Origin: Octopus sinensis
Lineage: Eukaryota
Reading direction: 5' to 3'
DNA length: 64,000 nucleotides
NCBI RefSeq assembly: GCF_006345805.1
Contig: NC_043008.1
Span: forward strand, 52,080,001-52,144,000
Positions 1-12,264 of the stretch are shown one piece after another; the stretch's first letter is position 1; every line of letters begins with the position of its first letter. A program made the position numbers and the translations under genes. The notes under the pieces were generated by a model. It made no database searches, was not told where the DNA came from, and saw only the letters and a program-made list of their open reading frames with translations.

Positions 1-2865
1 CCCACAACATAGACTGGTAGTTAGTGACTTTAGGATCAGGACTAGGAGGACAACCAGAAGACGACAAATATGGAGAAGAAGGATCTGGAAGCTTAAAGAT
101 CCTGCAAATGGACAGAGATTTAGGGACATATTACTTGAAGCCTCTGACGAAGTAGAAGGGGATAGAGCATCACAGGGGGTAGAAGACAGCTGGACGTTTC
201 TAAGGGACAACCTGCTGAGAGCCACTGACCAGATCTGTGGCTGGTGCAAAGTCCCCTCTCGACCTAGAATAACGTGGTGGTGGAACAATATTGTAGACAG
301 GGCTATTAGAGAAAAGAGACAGGCTTGGAAGGTCTGGAAAAATGGGGGTAGCAGGGAATTGTATCAGACTGCCAAAAGAGAAGCTAGGAGACAGGTTTAT
401 TTAGCCAGAGGGGAAGCAGATAAGAAAAAATTTGCCAATGTTCTGCGCCGTGTTTCGTGTTGCAAGACAGTGTGTGAGAGAGAATCGTGATGTGGTAGGA
501 GAGAAGTGTGTTCGCATGGAAGATGGTTCACTTGCGCTAAATGAGGATGCGAAGAGAGAGGTTTGGAGATGCCACTATGAAAGGTTGCTGAATGAAGAAA
601 ATGAATGGGATAAAGAGAGTCTGCCGAATGTTGACCCAACAGAGGGACCAGCTATCCGAGTTGATAGTTCTGTGGTAGCTAAGGCAATTAGAAGCATGAA
701 GACAGGGAAAGCCCCAGGCCCATCAGGAATCACTGCAGAGATGCTCAAAATGTCTGGTAGTGTCGGCTATAGCCTAGTCACCCATATAGTTAATCAGGTG
801 ATACACAAAGGGGTCATACCCAATGACTGGTGTAGCAGTATAATAGTCAACTGCTACAAAGGTAAAGGTGATGCCCTAGATACAAATAACTACAGAGGTA
901 TCAAGCTGTTGGACCAGGTGATGAAGGTTACGGAGAGGGTTATAGCCCAACTAATTAGAGAGAGAGTTAGTTTAGATGAGATGCAGTTTGGGTTTGTGCC
1001 AGGGAAAAGTACTACTGATGCTATATTCCTGGTAAGGCAGCTGCAGGAGAAATACCTAGCCAAAGATAAGCCCCTGTACCTGGCTTTTGTTGACATGGAG
1101 AAAGCCTTCGACAGGGTCCCCCGATCCCTTATCTGGTGGGCAATGAGAAAACTAGGGATAGATGAATGGTTAGTGAGAGCTGTGCGGGCCATGTATAGGG
1201 ACACCACTAGTAGGGTGAGGGTTGGAAATGAGTACAGTGAAGAATTCCGGGTAGAGGTAGGGGTCCACCAAGGCTCAGTACTCAGCCCCCTCCTATTTAT
1301 CATAGTCCTCCAGGCAATAACGGAGGAATTCAAGACAGGATGCCCTTGGGAGCTCCTCTATGCTGATGACCTTGCTCTAATTGCTGAGTCGCTATCAGAA
1401 CTGGAGGAGAAGTTTCAGGTGTGGAAACAAGGATTAGAATCGAAGGGCCTCAGAGTCAATCTAGCTAAAACCAAAGTCGTAATCAGTAGGAAGGTAGACA
1501 AATCACAAACACCTTCAGGTAGATGGCCCTGCTCGATCTGTAGAAAAGGTGTAGGTAGAAACTCTATAAGATGCACCAAGTGTAAGCTATGGACACATAA
1601 GAGATGCAGCAATGTCAAAGGAAGGCTAACTAGGAAGATGGTTTTTGTATGTGGCAGATGCTCAGGAACAATAAACACTGAAAATGCTCTGAGACCAACT
1701 TCCGTCACTTTCCAGGGAGAAAAACTAGAAATAGTTGATAGTTTCCGTTACCTAGGTGACCAAGTCAGCAGCGGGGGCGGGTGTGCTGAAAGTGTAACTG
1801 CTAGAGTAAGAATAGCTTGGGCAAAGTTCAGAGAGCTCTTACCTCTGCTGGTGACAAAAGGCCTCTCGCACAGAGTGAAAGGCAGACTGTATGATGCGTG
1901 TGTACGAACAGCCATGCTACATGGCAGTGAAACATGGGCCGTGACTGCTGAGGATATGCGTAAGCTCGCTAGAAATGAAGCCAGTATGCTCCGATGGATG
2001 TGTAATGCCGGTACTCACACTCGGCAGAGTGTAAGTACCTTGAGAGAAAAGCTGAACCTAAGAAGCATCAGTTGTGGTGTGCAAGAGAGACGTTTGCGCT
2101 GGTATGGTCATGTGGCGAGAATGGATGAAGATAGTTGTGTGAAAAAGTGCCACACCCTAGCGGTTGAGGGAACCTGTGGAAGAGGCAGACCCAGGAAAAC
2201 CTGGGACGAGGTGGTGAAGCACGACCTTCGAACTTTAGGTCTCACTGAGGAAATGACTAGAGACCGAGACCTCTGGAAGTATGCTGTGCGCGAGAAGACC
2301 CGGCAGGACAAGTGAGTCCACAACCCGTGGCCTTCTACATGGGATGGAGCCAGCCTACGTATGCATACCTTCCCTTCTTGGGACACAAAACTCTACTTGT
2401 GAAGACGTGTTGAGGCAAGTGAGGATCAGAATCGAAATCGATCAATGGAAATTGCGGATGTGCTACCAGTGCCAGTGGCATGTCGAAACTCTGCTTGTGA
2501 AGACCCATTGAGGCAAGTGAGGATCAGAATCAAAATCGATCAATGGAAATCGATCAATGGAAATTGCAGATGTGTTACCAGTGCCGATGGCATGTAAGAG
2601 AACTTTCCGTTTCGCGACCGTTGCCAGCACCACCCCGTTTCGTGGCCGTTTGCCAGCTCTGTCTGGCACCAGTGCGGGTGGCATGTAAAAAGCACCCACT
2701 ACACTCACGGAGTGGTTGGCGTTAGGAAGGGCATCCAGCCGTAGAAACACTGCCAGATTTGACTGGGCCTGATGAAGCCTTCTGGCTTCACAGACCCCAG
2801 TAGAACCGTCCAACCCATGCTAGCATGGAAAACGGACGCTAAATGATGATGATGATGATGATGAT
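1..2865 (+). mobile_element. RTE-clade LINE, near-intact young copy (5' part outside window), 3' UTR and (ATG)n tail
   Basis: Frame from nt 2 reads PQHRLVVSDF (end of AP endonuclease)...WWWN...KFANVLRR. One frameshift near 447-452 leads into the 432-2315 RT ORF. The 3' UTR has aggaagggcatccagccgtagaaa and the ccatgctagcatgg palindrome, then (ATG)n to about 2865. Confidence 0.96.
432..2315 (+). CDS. LINE ORF2 reverse transcriptase part with inserted PHD-type zinc finger; separated from the endonuclease part by a frameshift
   Basis: RT motifs YRGIKLL, QFGFVPGKSTTDAIF, FVDMEKAFDRV, GVHQGSVLSPLLF, LLYADDL, GLRVNLAKTK, FRYLG, RLRWYGHV, RGRPRKTW. The ATG at 432 is probably not the natural start. 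Confidence 0.93.
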   Translation: MPMFCAVFRVARQCVRENRDVVGEKCVRMEDGSLALNEDAKREVWRCHYERLLNEENEWDKESLPNVDPTEGPAIRVDSSVVAKAIRSMKTGKAPGPSGITAEMLKMSGSVGYSLVTHIVNQVIHKGVIPNDWCSSIIVNCYKGKGDALDTNNYRGIKLLDQVMKVTERVIAQLIRERVSLDEMQFGFVPGKSTTDAIFLVRQLQEKYLAKDKPLYLAFVDMEKAFDRVPRSLIWWAMRKLGIDEWLVRAVRAMYRDTTSRVRVGNEYSEEFRVEVGVHQGSVLSPLLFIIVLQAITEEFKTGCPWELLYADDLALIAESLSELEEKFQVWKQGLESKGLRVNLAKTKVVISRKVDKSQTPSGRWPCSICRKGVGRNSIRCTKCKLWTHKRCSNVKGRLTRKMVFVCGRCSGTINTENALRPTSVTFQGEKLEIVDSFRYLGDQVSSGGGCAESVTARVRIAWAKFRELLPLLVTKGLSHRVKGRLYDACVRTAMLHGSETWAVTAEDMRKLARNEASMLRWMCNAGTHTRQSVSTLREKLNLRSISCGVQERRLRWYGHVARMDEDSCVKKCHTLAVEGTCGRGRPRKTWDEVVKHDLRTLGLTEEMTRDRDLWKYAVREKTRQDK

Positions 2866-2887
2866 ATTGAACATATACATCATTTAA

Positions 2888-3026
2888 TAAGCACAGTTTG
2901 TATTTTCATGAGCTACTAATAGTTTCATACAATAAAAAACAACTCAGCATTTTTATCATATCTGGTGCCTTCAAGCAATCCCTAGGCTCTCCTATAAGTA
3001 GCTTATAAAAATGAAAACTGTGTTTA
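2888..3026. mobile_element. Short non-autonomous element with about 30 bp imperfect inverted repeats; related copy at about 52885-53035 (-)
   Basis: taagcacagtttgtattttcatgagctact (2888-2917) is the reverse complement of agtagcttataaaaatgaaaactgtgttta (2997-3026) with about 5 mismatches. agctactaatagtttcat and the cagatggag end recur inverted near 52.9-53.0 kb. Confidence 0.55.
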
Positions 3027-3071
3027 AGTAATATTTCATCAGATGGAGTACTTTGTTGGTTGATCTTAGTA

Positions 3072-4965
3072 ACCCCATAGTCAACTGCTACAAAGGTAAA
3101 GGTGATGCTTTAGATAAAGATAATTACAGAGGTTTCAAATTGCTGGATCAGGTGATGAAAGTTACGGAGAGAGTCATAGCCCAACTAATTGGGGAGAGAG
3201 TTAAGCTAGATGAGATGCAGTTTGGTTTTGTGCCAGGGAGAAGCACCACTGATACTATATTTCTGGTGAGGCAGCTGTAGGAGAAATACATAGCCAAAGA
3301 TAAACCTCTATACTTGGCCTTTGTTGACTTGAAGAGAGCCTTTGACAAGGTCTCCCAATCCCCTATATGGTGGTCAATGCAGAAACTAGGGATAGACGAG
3401 TGGTTGGTGAGAGCTGTGCAAACTATGTACAGGGATGCTGTGTAAGGTGAGGGTTGGCAATGAGTACAGTGAAGAATTCAGGGTACAAGTAAAGGTTCAC
3501 TAAGTAATGGTGTTCAGCTCCCTCTTGTTCATCATAGTCCTCCAGGCAATAACAGAGGAATTTAAGACAGGCTGCTGCTGGGAGCTCCTCTATGCTGATG
3601 ACCTTGCTCTTATAGCTGAATCCCTACCTGAACAAGAGAAGTTCCAGGTATAGAAGCAAATTCTGGAATCAAAAGGCTTTAGAGTTAACCTAGTAAAAAC
3701 TAAAGTCTTAGTAAGTAGGAAGGCAAACAAATCACAAATCCCTTCAGGCAGATGGCCCTACTCAATCTGTAGAAAAGGCATAGAAGATGCACCCAGTATA
3801 AGCTTTGGACACATAAAAGATGCAGCAATATCAGAGGAAGGTTAACAGGGAAACTAACTTTGGTATGTGGAAGATGCACAGGTACAATAAATACTGAAAA
3901 TGGACAGAAAATAGACTCCGTCAACTGCCAGTGGGGCAAGCTAGAGATAGTAGATAGTTTCTGTTATCTAGGTGACCAAGTTAGTAGCAGAGGTGGATGC
4001 CCCAAGAGCATAGCTGTGAGAATAAGATAAGGCTGGGAAAGTTCAGAGAGCTCCTACCTCTGCTGGCAACAAAGGGCCTCTATCTCAGAGTGAAAGGCAG
4101 CTTGTATGATACCTGTGCATGAACAGCTATGCTGCATGGCAGTGAGACATGAGCTGTAACAGGCGAGGACATGCGTAGGCTTGGAAGAAATGAAGCCAGT
4201 ATGCTTCGCTGGATGTGCTATGTCAATGTGCATGTTTGACAGAGTGTAAGCATCTTGAGGGAAAAGTTAGGCATAAGATGTGGTGTGAAAGAGAGACGAC
4301 TGTACTGGAATGGTCATGTGGTGCATATGGACAAGGACAGCTGTGTAAAGAAGTGCCGATCTCTAAATGTGGAGGGAACATGTGGTAGAGGTAGACCTAG
4401 GAAGACATGGAAGCATGATCTTCAAACTTTGAGCCTCACAGAGGCAATGACTGGTGACACAGACCTTTGGCGATGTGCTGTGCTTGAGAGGACCCGTCAA
4501 GCCAAGTGCACTTGTGCTGGTAGCATGTCAAGAACACCTTTTGAGCATTGGACCTCACGCAGGCAAAGTGGCTGAGTTCCTTTCAAGCATTGGGCCTCAT
4601 GGAGGCAAAGTGGCTGAATATCTTTCGAGTGTTGGGTCTCACAGATGCAATGACTAAAAACTTTGACATTATGTCATGCTTGAGAAAACTCATCAAGTTG
4701 AGCAAAAGAGCAGTCAAATCAGATACTGGTATCATGAAAATGGGCACCTGTACCGGTGGCATGTAAGAGCACCTCGGTGTCATGCACATGGCAGCAATAC
4801 TGGTAGCACGTAAAAGCACCCATTGCACTATTAGGAAGGGCGTCCAGCTGTAGAAAACCATGCTAAATCAGACTGGAGTCTGGTGCAACCTTCCAGTGTG
4901 CCAGCCCAGTCAAACTGTCCAACCCATGCCAGCATGGACAACAGACATTAGATGATAATGATGAT
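3072..4965 (+). mobile_element. 5'-truncated, decayed RTE LINE (same family as 1-2865)
   Basis: IVNCYKGKGDALD...QFGFVPGRSTTD, with stops and frameshifts, a decayed PHD region, GRGRPRKTW, RTE 3' UTR and a (gat)n tail. Confidence 0.95.
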
Positions 4966-6384
4966 ACACACACACACACACGCATATATAAAATATAACC
5001 TAAATGCAGGGCATCTTGAGTAAGTGTCTTCTGCAATAGCCTTGGCCCAACCCACATGTGTGTCTTCATGTTACATGTTCATTGTAAGTGAATCTCACTA
5101 CCAAACAAGCAGGGTCATTCGTTTCCATTCTTCTATGAAAAACATGTCCTGACATAGGAAATATTGCCTTGCTTGGAAACAGGTGAGAGTTGATGAAAGG
5201 AAGGTCATCCAGGTATAGAAAATCTGCCTCAGTAAATTCCATCCATCCTCTGCAAATGTGGAAGAATGAATGTTGAAACAAAACAAACACATTCTTGGCA
5301 GCTTCTTCAGTTAATAAATTACTACTAAGTGGTTTGTTTCAATGCTGTACTAGTCAACAATGTCTGTATGTGTGTATATATATACCTCTGTGTATGTATG
5401 TATGTATGTATATATACATATATATGTATATATATATATATATTTTTTTGTATCCTTGTACATGTGTGTGTGTATGTGCTTGTTCTGTGTATGTGTTTGT
5501 GTATATGTGTGTGTGTGTGTGTGTGCTGTATAGCAATTTTAATACCATATACGTTTAATTATCAAAGGATATTAACATTTGAAGTTAATCTCTTTCCTTA
5601 TCACGGCTAATCAAGCCACTTCTATCAATTTATGGCTGAATGCTGGGTGGGGGTGGGGCAGTGGCAACGATATAATAATTTATTCTGGTGCAGTTTTTGT
5701 TTCTTTTTGCATCTGTATCTGGGATTTGATAAACGGGTTGGTGGTTTGAAATGGTAGTTAAACCATAAGTTAGTTAACGAGTTGGTGAGCTTCATCGTCC
5801 CTCGACTTCATCCCAAACTTCTTTCTACATTGATTCCTCCTCCTCCGTCAACAACAACAACAACAACAGACCTACCTCACTTAAACATCTCAATCTAATT
5901 ACTCACTGAAACTAAAGCATACTTGTTGCTATAGAAACTAACCTTATTGCCAAGCTTCTTCGTTTTATGGCCTGAATCACTTTAAAGATCAATAAACTTC
6001 ATCTCCTGTTCCTTCTTTATTCTTTAAACTCCAGCTATTGACTTGTGTAACCCTTCCTCTATCCCTCCCCCTCTACCCCCTCCACACATATGTACATAAA
6101 ACACTGCGTTTCAACATTGTCTTTGTTTTTTTACTGAGTTGTTTTGCTATATTCCGACAAGGATGGAATGAAATGTTTTCAGCAGGACATATTCTCTGTA
6201 ACTGTGTTATACATGTAAGTTCCTTCGCTAACAGTGTCACTCAGTTTGTGTAACTCTTTATAACTGCATTTGTAAACAGTGTAACTGGTCTCATGACTAT
6301 GTTTATAACTGTGTAACTGGTTCAGTTGACTGTGTCAGCCAGTAAATATTATATTTTCTAGCTTACAACTCTACATAGTATATA

Positions 6385-6600
6385 CTAGCAGAAAGACTGC
6401 CTTCCGGGCGGTTTTCTGCTAGCCACTCGATAATATTTCCACATTTGATTCGCAATTCTGATAATTTTTATGAGATCTTATGTCTAATTATTTCTTTGTA
6501 TAACAGTGTCTCACTTGCTTAGTAAATATTGTTTTCATTATTTTATCACAGTCATAATCTCAGAACTTACATATGTGTCCATGGATGGATGGATGGATGG

Positions 6601-6661
<61 letters not shown>

Positions 6662-7959
6662 TCTGGTGCTGTGAGAACACATGGGAATAGCGTTTCCTTC
6701 TTTTTCAAATATGTATTTAAACTGATCTAATATAATGATATCATTCATTTGGCATGTGTTGAAATATGCCAAAACAATTTAATTCCACACAAATATATAT
6801 TACTTTACATATAATTTATGTGTTAATTATGTTTACTGAAACTAGCTAAAAAGCATATTTTGCTTTAAAGTAGTATCTCCTTGTAGACACAATTGTCAGT
6901 ATTTATACTGTTTCCATTTCTCTCAGCCAATGTTTTCTTTCAAACTCTAGATAATGCAATATACAGCTGACCATGTGAGAAGAACTCTGTCAGAAGATAT
7001 ATTCCGATTTGTTCAAAAGTCTATCCCTGTGCCTTGTTGCACGTCAAGGAAAAAGCTGGCTTGACAGGAAATAGTTTACGTGTAATTGTGAATGGAAATT
7101 CCATTTCTTGAGATACATGTGGTATTCTTGGGATTAGCAGAGTTAATCCTGCATAAGGACCAGAAGCACACTCAATAGCATGATCATATAAACTGACAAT
7201 GATGTAGTGTGTGCTATTGCAATGTCCATTAGTGGCATCTAAATTTCTCAGAAGCATAATGCATCACTTTTCCTTCAGTTTAAGAAAGTGTAGTGGAAAC
7301 CCTGATGGTGTAAGTTTGTTGATGAACTCGATTGGGTACAGAGTTTCATTATCAGCTGTATTTGAGCTTCTGTATATTTTTAGCTCATCAGGGGTTCTGG
7401 TCAACAGAGAATCATTCACAAATAGTGCTGCTTCATTTGTTGGAGTAACAATGGTTCTATTTGCAAGCCACACAGGGTTTGTGAAGCTATTTTTGATGTC
7501 AGCATATACAAAATCACATAGATCTGAAAGAGTACCACTTTCAAGGCAAAGGTCATTGGGTAGTTTGATTTTGAATTCACCTAGGCTTTGTTCAACAGAT
7601 ATGTTACTATTTCCTACATCAAGAAGGTAATTAGCAAACTCTCTTTCGTCAGAATGACCTTCTGCAAGAAGTCTTAGATTGGTTGTCAACTCTACTACAT
7701 CCACATGATCTCAAAGAAAAGATCTCTTTAGTGTTGCATCAACAATTTGTAATCTGACACCATTACTTTAAAGTAGAATATTCTCCTCTCGAGATACCCT
7801 AACTAGTTGGTCATGTGTTGCAGAAGCAAAATCATGACTATGTCTCTGTACATATTCAGACATCTGTTTCAGTCGCATTGCCCTGGTTTCCTCTGATTCA
7901 GTTGCCCATCTTTCTCTCTGCCATTGTGCCTTTGCTCTTAAATTTTCTTTTTCTGTCAC
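6385..7959 (-). mobile_element. Internally deleted Helitron: N-terminal Rep-Hel fragment fused in frame to the C-terminal PIF1 helicase half; 3' terminus intact, 5' end not located
   Basis: Minus translation QIVDATLKRSFL*DHV..LTTNLRL..FANYLLDVGN..TPTNEA..YPIEFINKLTPSGFP..MLLRNLD..GHCN..PRI..FPVKPAFSLTCNKAQG..SHGQLYIALSRV..NCVYKEILL. Hairpin followed by CTAG|T at 6388-6385. 7768-7959 encodes E/R-rich RxxESEExRxxRL typical of Rep-Hel N-termini. Confidence 0.9.
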
Positions 7960-8112
7960 ATATTATATATAAATAAAAGCTCGTTAAAGACTATTTAGTT
8001 TAGCATTCTAGAAATAGCAGTGGTCACATAGTTATATGGTAAGGCTTATAATATTCCAAGTAGCCAAACTAACAAAATCACTTCTTCATTTAAGAAAAAA
8101 AAAAAGGAAAAA

Positions 8113-8376
8113 AATACCAGTATATTAAAAAATTTTCATTTTATCAAAAATATTCATTTAACAAACTTCAGAAACTGATAATATTCTTGAAAATGTGCCT
8201 CATATCAAAGTTATATAGCTGTTTTGTGTGATAACATGCATTTGTTCAACACAATATCACTTAAAAATTATACTGGTATATTAAAAAATTTTCATTTTAT
8301 CAAAAATTTCATTTAACAAACTCTAGAAACTGATAATATTCTTGAAATTGTGTCTCGTATCAAAGTTATATAGCTA
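8113..8376. repeat. Tandem duplication of about 110 bp (period about 155 bp); a smaller roughly 43 bp duplication at 8482-8578
   Basis: agtatattaaaaaattttcattttatcaaaaa...tatcaaagttatatagct occurs at about 8119 and about 8276. Possibly Helitron 5' UTR. Confidence 0.8.
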
Positions 8377-8997
8377 TTATTAAATTATCATTAATGAAAA
8401 TGGAGGTGAGCAAAAATGAGAAACTGTTGCAAATAAAAATGTAAAATGTTGCCTGAAACGAATTAATAGTGTTTATTATTAAACATTAAAATATACTCTG
8501 TAGTGAATGCAATGAATATTTAAATTTATGAAGAATTAGACGCAGTGAATGCAATGAATATTTTAATTTGCAAGAATTTGGAGTTTCAAAAATTTGATAA
8601 ACTTCAGAAATTGAAATTATAGGAAATTTCTTAACACAAATCAATAAAAATATTTCCTGATGGTCAAGTTTTTAATGTTGCTTTCTTTTAGTACTTTTAG
8701 TAATTGTGACATACCTAATTAATAAGCAGCTTTCTCCGTTATAGTATAGTTTGTAAACATTCAAATATCGTCACTACCTTTCCAAATCTTGGGGCATTTC
8801 ACATGGAATTTTTGGCCCTCCAAAGTCATCTTAGTATATAAGTTGATTGTTTTTGGTTGTAAATTTTGGTCTAAAAAATTCTACTTGTATGCCATAGAAT
8901 ACAGTATGTGTAGTTGTGCTTGTAACTCTTTTTAACTGTCTCTTTTGAAAATGTGTAACTGTAATAATGTAACAATGGGCAACTTTAATTTTAATGT

Positions 8998-9300
8998 CAT
9001 CATCATCATCATCTTTTAACGTCCGTTTTCCATGCTAGCATGGGTTGGACAGTTCAACTGCGGTCTGGGAAGCCAGAAGGCTGCGCCAGGCCCAGACTGA
9101 TCGGGCAGTGTTTCTACAGCTGGATGCCCTTCCTAACGCCAACCACTTCGTGAGTATAGTGGGTGCTTTTTACGTGCCACCTGCACAGGTGCCAGACGAG
9201 GCTGGCAAACGGCCACGTTAGGATAGTTCTCTTACATGCCACCGGCACTGGTATCACAGCTACAATTTCCATTGATGTTGATCAATTTCGATTTTGATTT
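8998..9300 (-). mobile_element. RTE 3'-UTR-only retrocopy. Similar tails at about 10395-10620(-), 12500-12780(-), 14430-14590(+), 24975-25160(-), 27110-27440(+), 54150-54330(-), 63655-64000(-)
   Basis: (cat)n-tttaacgtccgttttccatgctagcatgggttggac...ctacagctggatgcccttcctaacgccaacc is the reverse complement of 2700-2865. Confidence 0.9.
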
Positions 9301-12264
9301 GTAACTAAGATAAAACTAATGCTTTTTTTTTAACTGAGACTTGGTATTTGTTTATATTTGTCAAAAGTCTCACAGCAGTGCCATTTATATCACCGTTGCC
9401 ATCAACCATCCCCCATCCATGCTGACATGAGATGGATGGTTTGACAGGATATGATACATTGGGTGACCACTTCAGTGTCTCAGTTTTGATTTGATTCCTG
9501 CAACTGGATGTCCTTCATGCCAATCACTTTACAAAGTGTATTGGTTGGTTTTTATATGATACCAGCACCAGTGAGGTTACCTTGTAATTGATAAAACCAA
9601 AGTACAATTAAGAATTACACACATTTTGGGGCAATGTTAATTATATGTAACTATCTGCCGATGTCAATGATTTGTAATTTCAGTTTTGTTGAGAAATAAG
9701 ATTCACAGTAGTTTTTTTGTTTTTTTTTCTAATTTATCAGTTTTCATTATTAGAATTAATTACAATCATTCAAGTTATTTTCATTTTATCCTAAAGGCTA
9801 AAATAACTCACATCAATAACAAATGTTTGCAATCTTTCAGTAAAATTAAGCTTCAACAACTGAGATTAAACTTGTATTTATCAAACAACCATTAACTTTC
9901 TTGTCTTAATTTAAATATGTAAATTGATATTAAGTGAAATTTTAATATTTCAGGTGTGTGTGTGTGTGTTTCCTTTTGGCCGTGAAGGTTCCTCAGTTCA
10001 TTCCACTGATCTTGTTGACGCTGGTGTCATTAAGAAGTTGATATTAAATAAGCAACATTAGACTGATTAATAATTTGAACAGCTCAGACTTTAGTAGAAT
10101 CCTCTGCTGGTTCACTGGCGGCAGTAAAAACCGATTAATGCTGATAATTAGAATGGTAATTATCACCGTTGCCATGGTATAGTAATTTGAAAGAAATAAG
10201 TTTATGCATTACTACCTTGATAATAAAGGAATCTTTGTTCATTTACAAACTGAAAATGGCATTTATAAGAAGTATAGTACCAAGGAACAAGGTTAATAAT
10301 GTCTGATTGACTTCCTTTTATAATGCGTTTATTACGCAAGACTAAAAAAAAAGATGATTAAATGCTTGAGTTTCAAATGCTCATTAACTATGGTTGTCAT
10401 CATCATTGTTATCATTCATTGTCCATTTTCCATGTTGGCGTGAATTGGACAGTTTGACAGAATTTGGTAAGCTGCGAGCTGCTTCAAGCTCCAGTGTCAG
10501 CGAGGGCATGGTTTCTGTGACTGGATGCCCTTTCTAACACCAGCCACCTTTGAGTGTGTACTTGATGCTTTTTTTTCTTTTCATACCAGAGGCACTAACA
10601 AGTTTACCAAGTAACTTTTGAGACAGGAAAAGAACAGGAAAGAGCCCTCTCGACTAAGTTGTAGGTAGGGAGAGTAAATTGAGTGGAAGAGGTGGTAAAT
10701 GAAAATCAGTCCAAAGAAAGTAGGGTAAATTGCAAACAATTTAGTTTATAAATCTGGATATGTTTTATGTGATGTGAGTCAACAAGAATTTGATATTTCA
10801 GGTAAATTCTTTTATGGCAGAGGGAAAATTATTTGAGATTTTCTCAAAACACCACAATTCATAATTTTCCCTGTGCATTAAACCTCTCTGTCTGTCTGTC
10901 CGTCCGTCTCTCTTTCCCTCTCATAGGAACATGTAAGAGGTGCTTTAAATGAGTGTCAGGTAAAACCACAAAAATTACGACAAAACAACTTTTAGCATTT
11001 ATTTCATGTTGTCCTATTTTTTCAGATAGTTGTAGCATTGTTTAATTGGTGCTTAGCTTCATGTTGGACCTGGTCCTGCAGATATGTGATTTCTTACATA
11101 TATATATTGGTACATATATGCATGTGTGTGTGTGTGTGTGTACATACATACAAACATATAATGGGCTTCCATAAAGTTTCTATCTACCAAATCCACTCAC
11201 AAGGCATTGGTCAACTCTGGGCTATCATAGTAGTAGTAGTAGTAGAAGATACTTGCCGAAGGTGCCATGTTCCGGGACTGAACCTGGAGCCACATGGCTG
11301 CAAAGTGAGCTTCTTAACCACACAGCCATGCCTGCACCTCTTGCCTTGACTGTAGTGTCAGTGGTTAGTGTCAGTAGGGTGGATAGACATGTGAGAATGG
11401 ACAGTATATTACACATGTAGTATCAATAATTAGTGGTTGTCTGTTGTGTGAAAATATGGTGTGAATGTGTGTTGATGGTATAGTATAAAAATGACTTTGA
11501 TAGGAGAAATACTCGTAATTAAAAAAGCAGATATTAGAAAAGGATTTTTAAAGAAAATAAATGAATTAATTTTCAATTATTGAGAATTACATCTAAAATG
11601 TGAACAAATATTGATCAGGTGATATTTTGGGGATTTATTCACTAGTTTGACTATTTGACAGCATGTAGTAATATGTTTGTGTGTGCATGCATGTGTGTGT
11701 GTGTGTTATTTTGCTTAGAAGTGACATGGAAGTTACAAGGGGCATTTTCTGGCCGCTTAAAATAAAGAACTCAATGTTAGAAGTCTGTCAAAAGTTGAAT
11801 CCATAATTGTGAGCCAGGCAAAATCTGTTTTGTCAGGCTTATGGTTATGAATTAAACTACTGTATAGGTGCAGGAGTAGCTGTGTAGTACCTTGGACCAG
11901 TACCTCATGCTATTGCCCCAAGCTGACTAAAGCCTTCTAAGTAGGTTTCAAATTTGAAAATTCAAAGACTAACAGCATATATATATGTGTGTCCCTTTTT
12001 GTATCACATAGTTGTCCTGATGTTTTGCATTCTTGTCCCATTTTGTATTTTATATATATCTATATATATATATATTATGTGAAATAGAAAGATGAATAAT
12101 CTTGTAGTAGATTAATCAAAAGTTTAACCGATACCTTAGTAGCAAAAATCACAGCAGTGAACAGCACGGTTGGAGGTACAACCATCTGGCGTAGCAACCG
12201 TGCGTTGGTGCGGATAATTGAAATTAAAACATTATTGGATGTTTTATATATATATATATATATA

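Noticed and set aside
2768-2795. ctgatga-agcc-ttct-ggct in the RTE 3' UTR resembles a hammerhead 5' core with stem II
   Set aside because: No GAAA follows, and other copies read ctggtgcagcc, so CTGATGA is a copy-specific change.
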